DNA from: an uncultured Candidatus Saccharibacteria bacterium
GTDB taxonomy: Bacteria > Patescibacteriota > Minisyncoccia > Phycocordibacterales > JACNGX01
Reading direction: 5' to 3'
NCBI GenBank assembly: GCA_964621395.1
Contig: CAZULS010000002.1
Location: 23,306-87,305, forward strand
Length of the DNA: 64,000 nucleotides
The notes beneath the pieces are model-generated. The model did no database searches and was not told the DNA's origin. It saw only the letters and a program-made list of their open reading frames with translations. The translations under genes were made by a program, and so were the position numbers. Below are positions 18,692-28,174 of this stretch, piece after piece. Every line of letters begins with the position of its first letter. Position 1 is the first letter of the stretch.

Positions 18692-19402
18692 TTATTCCTC
18701 GCTGTCGTCTTCAGCAGTCGTTGTGGCGGTTTCTTCTTCCTCGTCGGGGATTTTGAGTGATTCGGGGAGGAGACTTTCAATGGTTTCTCTGCTTTGGAAG
18801 CCGGCGAAGACGGTGTCGTCGAGAATAATCGCAGGCAGTGTTTCGGCTGAGATACCATAGAGCGCAACGAGCGTCTCCACAGCCGAGAGAGCAATGTGAT
18901 AGTCAAAAGCGTAGACGCGCACGCCCGGATAGTGTTCACGAATATATGTCAGCACATATCCCTCCCTTTCACAATCGGCACAATCACCTTCATTGGAATA
19001 GAAATAGAGAATGGAAACGGGTTCGTCGCCGCAGGCGCGACCGATTTTTTTCATGAGAAGATAATCTTTGATTTGGAGAAGCGAGTAGTATTCCTTGAGT
19101 CGAATCACTTCCTCGTCGTCTGAGCCGCGGCGTGCTTCCATGTATCCAAGGCGGCTGGCGAGGGAATTGATTTCGCGGGAGAGGACGGAATTATCAATAT
19201 CGTCGCAGGAGACCTCTGCCAAAAGATCGAATTGAGTTTCAATGGAGAGAATGTCGATGGAGATATTATCTTCAATGGATTTGATTTCACTCAAACGGCG
19301 TTCCTGAAGAAAGCCGGAAATCCACATGGCGGCAATGAAGATAAGGACGGTAATAAGAAGCGCGAGTGCGTATTTTTTCCAGTCGATAGGGCGAGAATCC
19401 AT
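18692..19402 (-). CDS. Membrane-anchored thioredoxin-fold (CxxC) protein with acidic C-terminal tail
   Basis: N-terminal TM helix, a CADC motif in YFYSNEGDCADCEREGY consistent with a thioredoxin/DsbA-like fold, and a C-terminal EEEETATTTAEDDSEE tail. Confidence 0.4.
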   Translation of the reverse strand: MDSRPIDWKKYALALLITVLIFIAAMWISGFLQERRLSEIKSIEDNISIDILSIETQFDLLAEVSCDDIDNSVLSREINSLASRLGYMEARRGSDDEEVIRLKEYYSLLQIKDYLLMKKIGRACGDEPVSILYFYSNEGDCADCEREGYVLTYIREHYPGVRVYAFDYHIALSAVETLVALYGISAETLPAIILDDTVFAGFQSRETIESLLPESLKIPDEEEETATTTAEDDSEE

Positions 19403-19431
19403 AGTGGGGCTATACTAGCACGAACAAGTGT

Positions 19432-20688
19432 TTACCGCCAGGAGACTTTTCGGGCGGTGAGTGTTTTGTACAAAGCGACGATATTCCACGAAAGAGCGAC
19501 CAGACCGTAGATGAGGAGAAAGAGAATAATGTCCGGGGAGAAGCGCATCTTTTCTCCGGCGAGTTTTTTGCCGATCAAAATCAACACAACCGTGAGAAGC
19601 ATGATGAAGATGGAGAGGAATAACAGCGCATCGGTATTGAAGAAAAACCAGTCCGGAGAGGTAAGAGATGCGGGGACGTCAACACCGACAGTGCGGATGC
19701 GCGAAATGCCTTTCACCACCGATGTGCTTGTTGAGGAAATGAGAGTGCCGAAAAGAATGAGGGAGCCGATGAGAAAGAGAATTGCCGATGGCAACATGAG
19801 CAAGGAAAGATCGCCGTAGCGAGGCGTGAAAAAGAGGTGGCGATAATCACGGGCATTATTGAGGAAACCGTATGTCCAGCGCAGACGCTGTTTGAAGAGT
19901 CCTTTTGTACTGTGAGGACCGACTGTGTACACATACGCATCATGGCGATTGGCTATCCGGTAATGATTACTTTGCATGCGCATGGCGTATTCCATGTCCT
20001 CGGTAAGGTAGGCGTGTTTGTAGCGTCCTAATGTGTCAAACACTTCGGTGCGCACGAAGGAAAATGGTCCTGGGATAACATACAGCGCACCGATAGCGGC
20101 GCTGGTTTTTCGCATGAATACGGCAAAGAAATATTCGGTGCGCTGCAGAATACGCGCGAGCGTATTGGCATTGTGGATGGTCATGGCGGGTGTGACGGCT
20201 TTTGTGTCCGGCTCTTTCAGGAAAGTGTCGACGATACGCATGAGTGCCTCTTTGTGTACGAACGAATCAGCATCGAGGAGGCCAACGAGGTCGCTTGTGA
20301 CATGCTCGAGTCCGAGATTCACGGCTGTGTGCTTGCCGCCGTTTTCTTTCTGGAAGAGTGTGATTTGAGGATGATTGTTGTATTCTTGAATAATGTTCCA
20401 CGTATTGTCAGTACTGCCGTCGTCGATGATGAAGATACTGAGCTTGTTTTGCGGATAATTGAGTTTGAGAAGAGACTCAACAGTGCCTTTCACAGTAGTT
20501 TCTTCATTCCAGCACGGCACAATGATAGTGACAGAAGGGAGGTTTTCAGGGCGGGTATAATCGACCCCTTTTTTCTCCTTCGGTTCTTTTCTCGTCCAGT
20601 CTTCGAAAAATGAGATAAGAAAATATACCTCCAAGAAGAGGGAAATGAAGAGTAGTATATATGTGATAATAAGAGTAAAATCGGACAT
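19432..20688 (-). CDS. Family-2 processive glycosyltransferase (membrane-integrated, cellulose/chitin/PNAG-synthase-like)
   Basis: GT-A core with IIVPCWNEE and the DDGSTD DxD motif, the QRLRW (QxxRW) processivity motif, and multiple TM helices at both ends. Confidence 0.8.
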   Translation of the reverse strand: MSDFTLIITYILLFISLFLEVYFLISFFEDWTRKEPKEKKGVDYTRPENLPSVTIIVPCWNEETTVKGTVESLLKLNYPQNKLSIFIIDDGSTDNTWNIIQEYNNHPQITLFQKENGGKHTAVNLGLEHVTSDLVGLLDADSFVHKEALMRIVDTFLKEPDTKAVTPAMTIHNANTLARILQRTEYFFAVFMRKTSAAIGALYVIPGPFSFVRTEVFDTLGRYKHAYLTEDMEYAMRMQSNHYRIANRHDAYVYTVGPHSTKGLFKQRLRWTYGFLNNARDYRHLFFTPRYGDLSLLMLPSAILFLIGSLILFGTLISSTSTSVVKGISRIRTVGVDVPASLTSPDWFFFNTDALLFLSIFIMLLTVVLILIGKKLAGEKMRFSPDIILFLLIYGLVALSWNIVALYKTLTARKVSWR

Positions 20689-20819
20689 GGATGGTATATG
20701 TTCTTAACAATACGCCAAAATGAAGAAAAAGACAATTTTATCACATGGAGGTATTGAACATTGGAAATTATTTCAGTACACTGAAGGAAGAAAATAATGT
20801 TTCTTCAAGGAGGTGTTTC

Positions 20820-21032
20820 ATGACATTTCAAGATATTGCGAGGATAGTGTATGTTCTTACGGGTATCTTTTTCACAGAACGGGCAGTACATGTTGTGCAA
20901 ATAGCATGGGATACGAAAGATATTCCCACAGTTACTTCTGTTGTTTTTGTGTACATGGCCGTTTTGTACATTTTCGTAAGGGCACAGTACATTAATCAGA
21001 CAACAAAGAGGGACAATATTTACCCTCTATAA
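20820..21032 (+). CDS. Small two-helix membrane protein, hypothetical
   Basis: ATG at 20820 is preceded by an aggagg RBS (20808-20813). The 70-aa product is hydrophobic. Confidence 0.3.
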   Translation: MTFQDIARIVYVLTGIFFTERAVHVVQIAWDTKDIPTVTSVVFVYMAVLYIFVRAQYINQTTKRDNIYPL

Positions 21033-21057
21033 GCCTCGGGTTTCCGGGGTTTTTATA

Positions 21058-21837
21058 TTGGTATATATGATGCAGAGGTGTCCAAATTATGCTATCCTCT
21101 TCCATATGGAAATGCAAAAGCCGTTCTCAATGCACCCTCTCTCACGCGTGATCAATGACATCACACGGGCATTTGTGGAGCTTGGATTTGAAGTGGCAAC
21201 GGGTCCTGAAATGGAGGATGGCTATCACAACTTTGATGCACTCAATGTCCCCAAAGATCATCCGGCACGCGATATGCAGGACACGTTTTGGATTAAGGGC
21301 ATGGAGGATATGCTTTTGCGCACCCATACCTCACCGATGCAATCAAGGTATATGGAGAAACACGAACCGCCGTTTGCTATTGTGGTTCCGGGCAAGGTCT
21401 TTCGCAATGAGGCAACTGATATGACACATGAGGTGCAATTTCAACAAATTGAATGTTTGGTTGTAGGTGAAGATATAACTTTTGCAAATCTTAAATGGAC
21501 ACTTGAACACTTTCTGAAGAAGCTCTTTGGTGACGATATTACCATTCAGCTTCGTCCGGGATATTTTCCGTTTGTGGAGCCGGGCGTGGAGATTGATATG
21601 CGCTGTTTCCGCTGCGGCGGAGAGGGGTGTCCGTCGTGTAAGGGTTCGGGGTGGATTGAAATTCTTGGCGGTGGCATGGTGCATCCGAACGTGCTTGCCG
21701 AAGGAGGTATTGATTCTGAGAAATGGCAGGGATTTGCCTTTGGCGTTGGTCCGGACCGCATTGCCATGCTCCGCTACGGCATTCCCGATGTGCGCCTGCT
21801 CTACAGCGGCGATGTGCGCGTGAGTGGACAATTCTAA
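21058..21837 (+). CDS. pheS: Phenylalanine--tRNA ligase alpha subunit (catalytic core only)
   Basis: Class II motifs: motif 2 region [18 protein letters not shown], motif 3 [20 protein letters not shown], and a Zn-ribbon-like [12 protein letters not shown]. The start is uncertain and may be an internal Met near 21130. Confidence 0.85.
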   Translation: MVYMMQRCPNYAILFHMEMQKPFSMHPLSRVINDITRAFVELGFEVATGPEMEDGYHNFDALNVPKDHPARDMQDTFWIKGMEDMLLRTHTSPMQSRYMEKHEPPFAIVVPGKVFRNEATDMTHEVQFQQIECLVVGEDITFANLKWTLEHFLKKLFGDDITIQLRPGYFPFVEPGVEIDMRCFRCGGEGCPSCKGSGWIEILGGGMVHPNVLAEGGIDSEKWQGFAFGVGPDRIAMLRYGIPDVRLLYSGDVRVSGQF

Positions 21838-21840
21838 AAA

Positions 21841-21997
21841 ATTACGAATTACGAATAACGCGAATATACGAATATGCAGCAACATCTTTGATTTGTATTT
21901 TATCTACTGTGAAATATAACACGATACATGAAAATCGTAAGCCCGAAGCAAATAGAGAACCCTTTCGTATATTCGTATTGTATTCGTAATTCGTAAT
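21841..21997. repeat. ~30-bp inverted repeats flanking the pheS-pheT spacer
   Basis: attacgaattacgaataacgcgaatatacgaatatg (21841-21876) and cgtatattcgtattgtattcgtaattcgtaat (21966-21997) are reverse complements, built from cgtaattcgtaa-type words. Confidence 0.6.
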
Positions 21998-22006
21998 GTG
22001 TAGCTT

Positions 22007-23929
22007 ATGCTCGTATCATACAATAAACTCCAAACATATTTCTCCGAGCCGTTGCCAAAGCCCGAGGAGCTGAAAGACGTGATTACACGCCGTGCATTTG
22101 AGGTGGAAGAAATGCATGAAAAAAATGGCGATACACTCATTGATATTGATATTTTACCCAATCGTGCTCACGACTGTCTTTCACATCGCGGTATTGCGAA
22201 AGAAATCGCCGTCCTCACCGGTCTTGCCTATGCGGAGCCGAATATTGAGCCGGTAGCTGAAGAATCTCAAGCAAGCATTGCCGTTGATGTGCAGAGCTCA
22301 AAGCTGTGCCGCAGATATATAGGCCGTGTGGTAGAGGGAGTGAAGGTTGGTCCTGCACCTGAAAAAGGGAGAGTGTTTCTTGAGAATCGTGGAGATCGTT
22401 CGATTAGCAATGTGGTGGATGCCACGAATGTCACCCTTTTTGATACTGGTCAGCCGCTTCATGCGTTTGATGCTGATAAGGTGGAGGGCGGCTTGACGGT
22501 GCGTCTCGCACAAGAAGGGGAGAGTATGACAACACTCGATGGCGCGGAGCTTGCTCTCACGGAAGAGGATTTGGTGATTGCTGATCAAGGAGGTGTGCTT
22601 GCGCTTGCAGGTGTAAAGGGCGGCACGAAAGCGGAGGTGGATGAGGGAACGACGCGCATCATTCTTGAATCAGCAAATTTTGATCCGGCTTCAGTACGAA
22701 AAAGTGCGAATCGTCACGGTATCAAGACGGACGCCTCAAAGCGTTTTGAAAATGAGCTCTCTGCCGAGACGGCACGTGTTGGCATGGATGAAGTATCAGC
22801 TCTTATTAAGAAATGGATGCCAGAAAGTGTATGTGGTCCCATTACAGACGTGTATTCGAATCCGGAGGAAGATGTAACAGTGGAAGTGTCGCTCGAGAAG
22901 ATGAGTGGCGTGCTTGGCACGGCGATAGCATCTGAGACGGTGGAGGAGATTTTCGATAAGCTTCATTTCGCGTATGAAAAAGCAGGAAGTGTATACACAA
23001 TAACGCCACCGAAAGAGCGTTTGGATATTCGTATTGCCGAAGATGTGGCAGAGGAGGTGGGGCGGATCTATGGCTATGAACATATCGCAGCCTTACCGCT
23101 TCCGAATATGCCGGAGCCTGTCGTGGAGAAAGAATTTTTCTTCGCCAATCGCGTGCGTAAAGAACTTTCTTCCGCAGGGTTCAAGGAAATATGTACCTCA
23201 TCATTCCGCGCACAAGGAAGTATTGAAGTGCTGTATCCGGCAGCGAGTGATAAGGCGTTTCTCCGCACCACTCTTGCCGACATGATGGAGGATCGCCTCA
23301 TTTTTAATGCACGCAATGCCGCGCTCTTTGGCGAGAGCGACGTGAAGCTTTTTGAAATCGGCCATGTGTTTGATGCTGAGGACGGTGAGCGTTTGATGTG
23401 TGCGCTTGGTGTGATGCACAAGGAGATGAAGCCACGGAAAGCCACGGAAAAAGCGCGAGGCGAGGTGAAGGATATGGTGGCAAAAATTACCTATAGCTGC
23501 GGGGGTGATGAAGGAGATATCGACGAAGCGCTGACAGAATTTCCCGGGGGCTGCACCCTAGAATTTGATTTTGGTGCATTTATCGACAAGCTCGATATTC
23601 CTGCCGGGTACGGCGATGTTCTTGAGACGCCCAATAACCAACCTATATACAAAGATTTTTCCGCATATCCTTTTATGACACGCGACGTGGCATTTTGGAC
23701 ACCGGGCGATATTTCAGAAGAAGAGGCAAAGAGTGAGATGATTGGGGAGGGGAGCGAGCTTCTTATGCGCACGGATCTCTTTGATGTCTTTGAAAAAGAC
23801 GGGCGAACGTCGTATGCTTTTCGCCTGGTCTTCCAAGCCAAAGAGCGCACGCTCACCGATGAAGAAGTGAACGAAATTATGAATGATGTCTATGCGCGCA
23901 TTGAAGCGAGGGGGTGGGAGGCACGGTGA
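22007..23929 (+). CDS. pheT: Phenylalanine--tRNA ligase beta subunit (shortened, lacks the N-terminal tRNA-binding domain)
   Basis: B3/B4 and B5 domains plus a C-terminal class-II-like domain (DVYSNPEED, GYEHIAALP, FEIGHVF). A tandem 10-nt duplication gccacggaaa x2 lies at 23428-23447. Confidence 0.85.
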   Translation: MLVSYNKLQTYFSEPLPKPEELKDVITRRAFEVEEMHEKNGDTLIDIDILPNRAHDCLSHRGIAKEIAVLTGLAYAEPNIEPVAEESQASIAVDVQSSKLCRRYIGRVVEGVKVGPAPEKGRVFLENRGDRSISNVVDATNVTLFDTGQPLHAFDADKVEGGLTVRLAQEGESMTTLDGAELALTEEDLVIADQGGVLALAGVKGGTKAEVDEGTTRIILESANFDPASVRKSANRHGIKTDASKRFENELSAETARVGMDEVSALIKKWMPESVCGPITDVYSNPEEDVTVEVSLEKMSGVLGTAIASETVEEIFDKLHFAYEKAGSVYTITPPKERLDIRIAEDVAEEVGRIYGYEHIAALPLPNMPEPVVEKEFFFANRVRKELSSAGFKEICTSSFRAQGSIEVLYPAASDKAFLRTTLADMMEDRLIFNARNAALFGESDVKLFEIGHVFDAEDGERLMCALGVMHKEMKPRKATEKARGEVKDMVAKITYSCGGDEGDIDEALTEFPGGCTLEFDFGAFIDKLDIPAGYGDVLETPNNQPIYKDFSAYPFMTRDVAFWTPGDISEEEAKSEMIGEGSELLMRTDLFDVFEKDGRTSYAFRLVFQAKERTLTDEEVNEIMNDVYARIEARGWEAR

Positions 23930-23991
23930 TCGCTTACTCCTTTACTTGTCATTCCCAACTTGATTGGGAATCTTCGCGGATGTGGTAAGAA

Positions 23992-24050
23992 GGGCAAGTT
24001 TTTAGTTGCTAGTTTTTAGTTTTTAGCCAGGCGCGGCTTACGCCGCGCCT
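23992..24050. repeat. Composite intergenic repeat module, copy 3
   Basis: agggcaagtttttagttgctagtttttagtttttag followed by ggcgcggcttacgccgcgcc. It is preceded by an ATTCCCAA-CTTGA-TTGGGAAT hairpin at ~23944-23971. Confidence 0.7.
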
Positions 24051-24098
24051 GCAAAGAAATAAAAAGATGCCGGATACTGTGACCCGGCCAAGTGTGCG

Positions 24099-24380
24099 TT
24101 AGTCCGCAAGGAATTTGATAGGACATCTTTCTTGAAATTTTCGCATTTCGTTCTTGAATCTCTGCACAATGACATAACCCAGGAGAGCAAAGATTGCAAG
24201 AACTCCAGTTATGAGCAAGCTTGGTATCCTTTGTTCCTGAAGAAGCATCGCTGATGTTGCTCCAGCGATTATCAAAAACAAAAAGATTACCGGATAAAGA
24301 AAGCGTATTGTCGTCTTCCTTTTATTATTGTCCCTACGATCAATCTTATAGTCAACCGCTTTTTGTGAAAGTGGTAACAT
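24099..24380 (-). CDS. Small membrane protein, hypothetical (93 aa, 2 TM)
   Basis: Hydrophobic helices with basic flanks. Confidence 0.35.
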   Translation of the reverse strand: MLPLSQKAVDYKIDRRDNNKRKTTIRFLYPVIFLFLIIAGATSAMLLQEQRIPSLLITGVLAIFALLGYVIVQRFKNEMRKFQERCPIKFLAD

Positions 24381-24550
24381 CTTTATAAGAATTCAGTGTT
24401 TTCTTGCAAAATTGCAAACTTCTTTCTGAGTACAGACTAGCATATATGAATAAAAAAGTCAATAGCGCGGAAAAGGGTGATTTTTGGTATAATGGGGAGG
24501 TCATTGAATGGGTCCATTCGGGCCTTTTTATAGGTAATATTGGTGAATTC

Positions 24551-24640
24551 CCAAGGTTAAACCTTGGTATTTATACCAAGGTTTAACCTTGGGAGCTCAG
24601 AGCACGAAGATCCCGCATCAAGTGCGGGATGACAGCAGAA
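24551..24640. repeat. Family-B palindrome plus REP-like hairpin
   Basis: ccaaggttaaaccttggtatttataccaaggtttaaccttgg followed by agatcccgcatcaagtgcgggatgac. It is part of a 560-bp repeat-filled intergenic region upstream of gyrB. Confidence 0.7.
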
Positions 24641-24939
24641 AGAAGTATCTTGTCATCCAGCCCCACTTTCACTAATTACCTTTAAATAACACTAGTCGTC
24701 AAAGAGTTCAGCTAACGAAATGTGGTAATCGTACTTAATCAGTGAAAGTGGGGCTGGATCCAGAGCAGAATCAGGTTGGTCGCATATCCTTGTAGATTCC
24801 TGGTCACCAGAGCCCCACCCAGCCCTTTTCCGAGAAAGAGCTGGGTCGAGCTCGGCAGGAGCCGGGAATGACAGCTTATAGATTTTTGTTTTTCCATTTA
24901 TTTTTTATCGTTTATAGTTAACCGTTCATCGTTTTATCC

Positions 24940-27147
24940 ATGCCAGCCAAGAAAGAGACAACCAAAAAAACTGCCGAGAAAACTAAAAAATCAAATGGCT
25001 CGCCTAAACCGTCGAAAACGACGGTCGGCCAAGCCGGACATCATTACGATGCGTCGGATATTTCGGTGCTCGAGGGACTGGAGCCGGTGCGCAAGCGTCC
25101 GGGTATGTATATCGGATCCACGGGCGTGGACGGACTCCATCATTTGGTATGGGAGATTTTCGACAATGGTCGCGATGAGGCAATGGGCGGGTATGCGAAC
25201 CATGTGGAGGTGGTGATTCTGTCGGGTAATCGTATTCGCATCGCTGACAACGGTCGTGGTATTCCGGTGGATATGCACAAAAAGACAAAAGTCTCCGCAC
25301 TTGAAACGATCATGACAACACTCCATGCCGGAGGTAAGTTTGGTGGCGATGGTTATGCGAAGGCTACAGGAGGTCTTCACGGTGTCGGTGCCTCGGTGGT
25401 GAATGCACTTTCTTCGTACACGAAGGTCATGGTGCATCGCGATGGCGGTTTACACATGCAGGAATACAATACCGGAAAGGCGAAAGCAAAGGTAAAGAAG
25501 CTTGGCGCATCAAAAGCACATGGGACGATTGTTGTCTTCCAGCCCGATAAGGATGTCTTCTCCGAAACTGAATTTTCATGGAATAAAATTGTGCAACATA
25601 TTCTGCAACAGGCGTATTTGGTGAAGGGTTTGCGGGTGTCGGCATATGATGCTCGAGAGTACGCGGGGGATGTCGACTTGGAAGGCAAGGACATTCATTT
25701 TGTCTCCGAGCTGGAGCTTGCACTTCCTTCGCAATCATATTTCTTTGAAGGAGGATTGGTGTCGCTTGTGCGTCACAATAATGAATTCCAGAAACCGATT
25801 CACAAGAATATTTTCTTTGTGGAAAAAGAAACGGATGACGGTGTTTCGGTGGAAGTGGCATTTCAGTATGTGGATGATATTTCCGCGCGTCTCTCGGCAT
25901 TTGCCAATTCCACGCCGACGATTGAAGGTGGTATGCATGTGACCGGCTTTAAGACAGCGCTCACACGCGGGCTCAATTCCTATGCGCGAAAGAATAAGAT
26001 TCTCAAGGAGAGTGATGAGAATTTCACCGGTGATGATGTGCTCGAAGGAATCACGGCAGTGGTATCGGTGAAGCTCAAGGAGATTCAATTTGAAGGACAA
26101 ACCAAAGCAAAGCTCGGAAGCGTGGAGGCGCGCGGTGCTGTGGAGACGGTCTTTGGTGAAGCGTTGGGAGAGTTTCTTGAAGAACATCCCGATGACGGCA
26201 AGGCGATTGTGCAGAAGGTGATTTTGGCGCTCAAGGCGCGTAAGGCGGCTAAGGCAGCGAAAGATTCGGTGTTGCGCAAAGGTGCACTGGAAGGCATGAC
26301 ACTGCCAGGGAAATTGGCAGACTGCCAAACAAAAAGTGCCGCAGATTCCGAGCTCTTTATCGTGGAGGGAGACTCAGCGGGTGGTACGGCAAAATCGGGG
26401 CGTGATCGAAAGACACAGGCGATTTTGCCTTTGCGTGGTAAGATTTTGAATGTGGAGCGCGCGCGTTTGGACAAGATGCTTGCCTCCGAGCAAATCAAAA
26501 ATATTGTGGTGGCACTTGGGGCGGCAATTGGTGATGCGCTTGATATGGAAAAACTCCGTTATCACAAGATTATTATTGCAACCGACGCCGATGTCGATGG
26601 TTCCCACATCGACACACTTCTTCTCACACTCTTTTTCCGTTATTTCCGTCCGGTTATCGATGGGGGCTTTCTCTACATTGCCATGCCGCCTCTCTATAAG
26701 ATTAAAAAAGGAAAGGAGGTGTTTTATGCATTCACTGATGCTGATAAGGCGGAGATTTTGAAATCACTGGGCGTGGAAGATATGGAGGAGGCACCGGATT
26801 ATGGCCTAGACTCCTCTCTAGAAGAGTCGGCCAAAGAAGGCGAGGAGAGTGAGGAAGCTGAAGATGAAGGCCTAAACGCCGACAAGTCGGCATCGGCCAA
26901 GGAAGAGCCTGAAGCAAAGAAAAAAGCTGGCAAAGTACACATCCAGAGGTATAAGGGTCTCGGTGAAATGAATCAAGACGAGCTTTGGGAGACGACCATG
27001 GATCCGGAGAATCGACTTCTCAAACAAGTGACCATTGAAGACGCTGAAGAAGCAAATCGTGTCTTCGACACCCTCATGGGCACCGACGTATCCTCTCGCA
27101 AAACCTTCATCCAAAACAATGCAAAGTACGCAAATATCGATGCGTAA
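24940..27147 (+). CDS. gyrB: DNA gyrase subunit B
   Basis: GHKL ATPase region (LEGLEPVRKRPGMYIGSTG), Toprim region (EGDSAGG), and the C-terminal QRYKGLGEMN motif. An acidic ~45-aa insertion before QRYKGLGEM contains the in-frame palindromic element at 26870-26907. Confidence 0.93.
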   Translation: MPAKKETTKKTAEKTKKSNGSPKPSKTTVGQAGHHYDASDISVLEGLEPVRKRPGMYIGSTGVDGLHHLVWEIFDNGRDEAMGGYANHVEVVILSGNRIRIADNGRGIPVDMHKKTKVSALETIMTTLHAGGKFGGDGYAKATGGLHGVGASVVNALSSYTKVMVHRDGGLHMQEYNTGKAKAKVKKLGASKAHGTIVVFQPDKDVFSETEFSWNKIVQHILQQAYLVKGLRVSAYDAREYAGDVDLEGKDIHFVSELELALPSQSYFFEGGLVSLVRHNNEFQKPIHKNIFFVEKETDDGVSVEVAFQYVDDISARLSAFANSTPTIEGGMHVTGFKTALTRGLNSYARKNKILKESDENFTGDDVLEGITAVVSVKLKEIQFEGQTKAKLGSVEARGAVETVFGEALGEFLEEHPDDGKAIVQKVILALKARKAAKAAKDSVLRKGALEGMTLPGKLADCQTKSAADSELFIVEGDSAGGTAKSGRDRKTQAILPLRGKILNVERARLDKMLASEQIKNIVVALGAAIGDALDMEKLRYHKIIIATDADVDGSHIDTLLLTLFFRYFRPVIDGGFLYIAMPPLYKIKKGKEVFYAFTDADKAEILKSLGVEDMEEAPDYGLDSSLEESAKEGEESEEAEDEGLNADKSASAKEEPEAKKKAGKVHIQRYKGLGEMNQDELWETTMDPENRLLKQVTIEDAEEANRVFDTLMGTDVSSRKTFIQNNAKYANIDA

Positions 27148-27267
27148 GTCTTGAAAAATGAAAAACGAAATATGAAATACGTATACAGCCGCGGACCCTT
27201 TGGGCCCGCGACTGCTCATGAATTGATTTTTACGAACGAGAAGATTCGTGCGTATATTTTTGTCTTA

Positions 27268-27293
27268 CACAAAAAAAGCCGGATAATCATCCG
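27268..27293 (-). terminator. Terminator for the lipoprotein gene (on the minus strand: gccggatgattatccggc + T-run)
   Basis: Plus-strand text aaaaaaagccggataatcatccggc. Confidence 0.55.
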
Positions 27294-27298
27294 GCAGG

Positions 27299-27613
27299 TC
27301 AGAATTCTTTATACCAAACAATTCTTGTTGGTTGGGTCATGCTGAGGAAGACAATCTTATTTCTTCCGTCTTTTGTCTCATAAATAGCTATAAAAGAAAA
27401 CAATATCCTCTCTTTCCTCGTACCATGAGGAGAGAGAAGAGACACGGGGACAAAAGAACCGCCGCTGTCTCCTATTTTCTCAATTAGGACTTCTTCTTTG
27501 AAATCTTTTTGCCTGTGAAGCAGTTGACGCGCATCTTGAATGGATGCCTTCTCTTTTGTACACCCCAACAAAAATATACACAGTATAAAGACCATGGAAA
27601 TTAGTTGTTTCAT
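27299..27613 (-). CDS. Lipoprotein, hypothetical
   Basis: Signal peptide with a lipobox (FLLGC). Confidence 0.45.
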   Translation of the reverse strand: MKQLISMVFILCIFLLGCTKEKASIQDARQLLHRQKDFKEEVLIEKIGDSGGSFVPVSLLSPHGTRKERILFSFIAIYETKDGRNKIVFLSMTQPTRIVWYKEF

Positions 27614-27795
27614 CGCTCTCTCCAGATGTGTATTCTAAAATACTGTTTACAAGATTAAGTCTGCGCAAATAGTAATATACGTAGATACATAAATCAAGCA
27701 TGTGACAAAAGCGTGGCGACCTTCGGTCGCCGCGCTTTTGTCTTTTGGTGTTTGTTATTTTTTGTTTGTCTTTTCTAATTTCCAACTTCTAATCT

Positions 27796-27987
27796 CTAAA
27801 TAATCTTCTTCAATTCCTCGGTCAATTTTTTGATATTGTCTTCTTTTTCACTCGCCACTTCTTTCCAGAGTGCTTCGAGTTCGGGGATGCTTCTGGCATC
27901 GGCAAGATAATCATCTTTGATGCGCCAGAGACTGGTATATTCCTGCACGAGCTGACGCATGATGTTGTATGCATTGTTATCAATCAT
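27796..27987 (-). CDS. Small hypothetical protein (63 aa, helical, charged)
   Basis: Clean short ORF with no motif. Confidence 0.25.
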   Translation of the reverse strand: MIDNNAYNIMRQLVQEYTSLWRIKDDYLADARSIPELEALWKEVASEKEDNIKKLTEELKKII

Positions 27988-28174
27988 GAGAAAAACGATT
28001 AACTATTAACGATAAACTATACACGAATGAGTGTCGTTTCTGACGTAACGAGAAACTCAGGGTTTTGTACATGATGTTTGCATTAGTCCTTGACCCCGCA
28101 TCACCAAGCTCCATTTTCACTAAAGTGAAAAAAGTGCTCGGCACAGAGTGCGGGATGACAGCAGTATAAGTATA

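Noticed and set aside
23428-23447. Tandem gccacggaaa x2 inside pheT as a possible slippage or phase-variation site
   Set aside because: It is a single in-frame 10-nt-unit duplication (KPRKATEK) with no homopolymer or long SSR, so it is unlikely to be a contingency locus.
24381-24939. oriC upstream of gyrB
   Set aside because: Only one weak DnaA-box-like 9-mer. The region is explained by nested repeat families. Kept as a low-priority finding, not as a feature.
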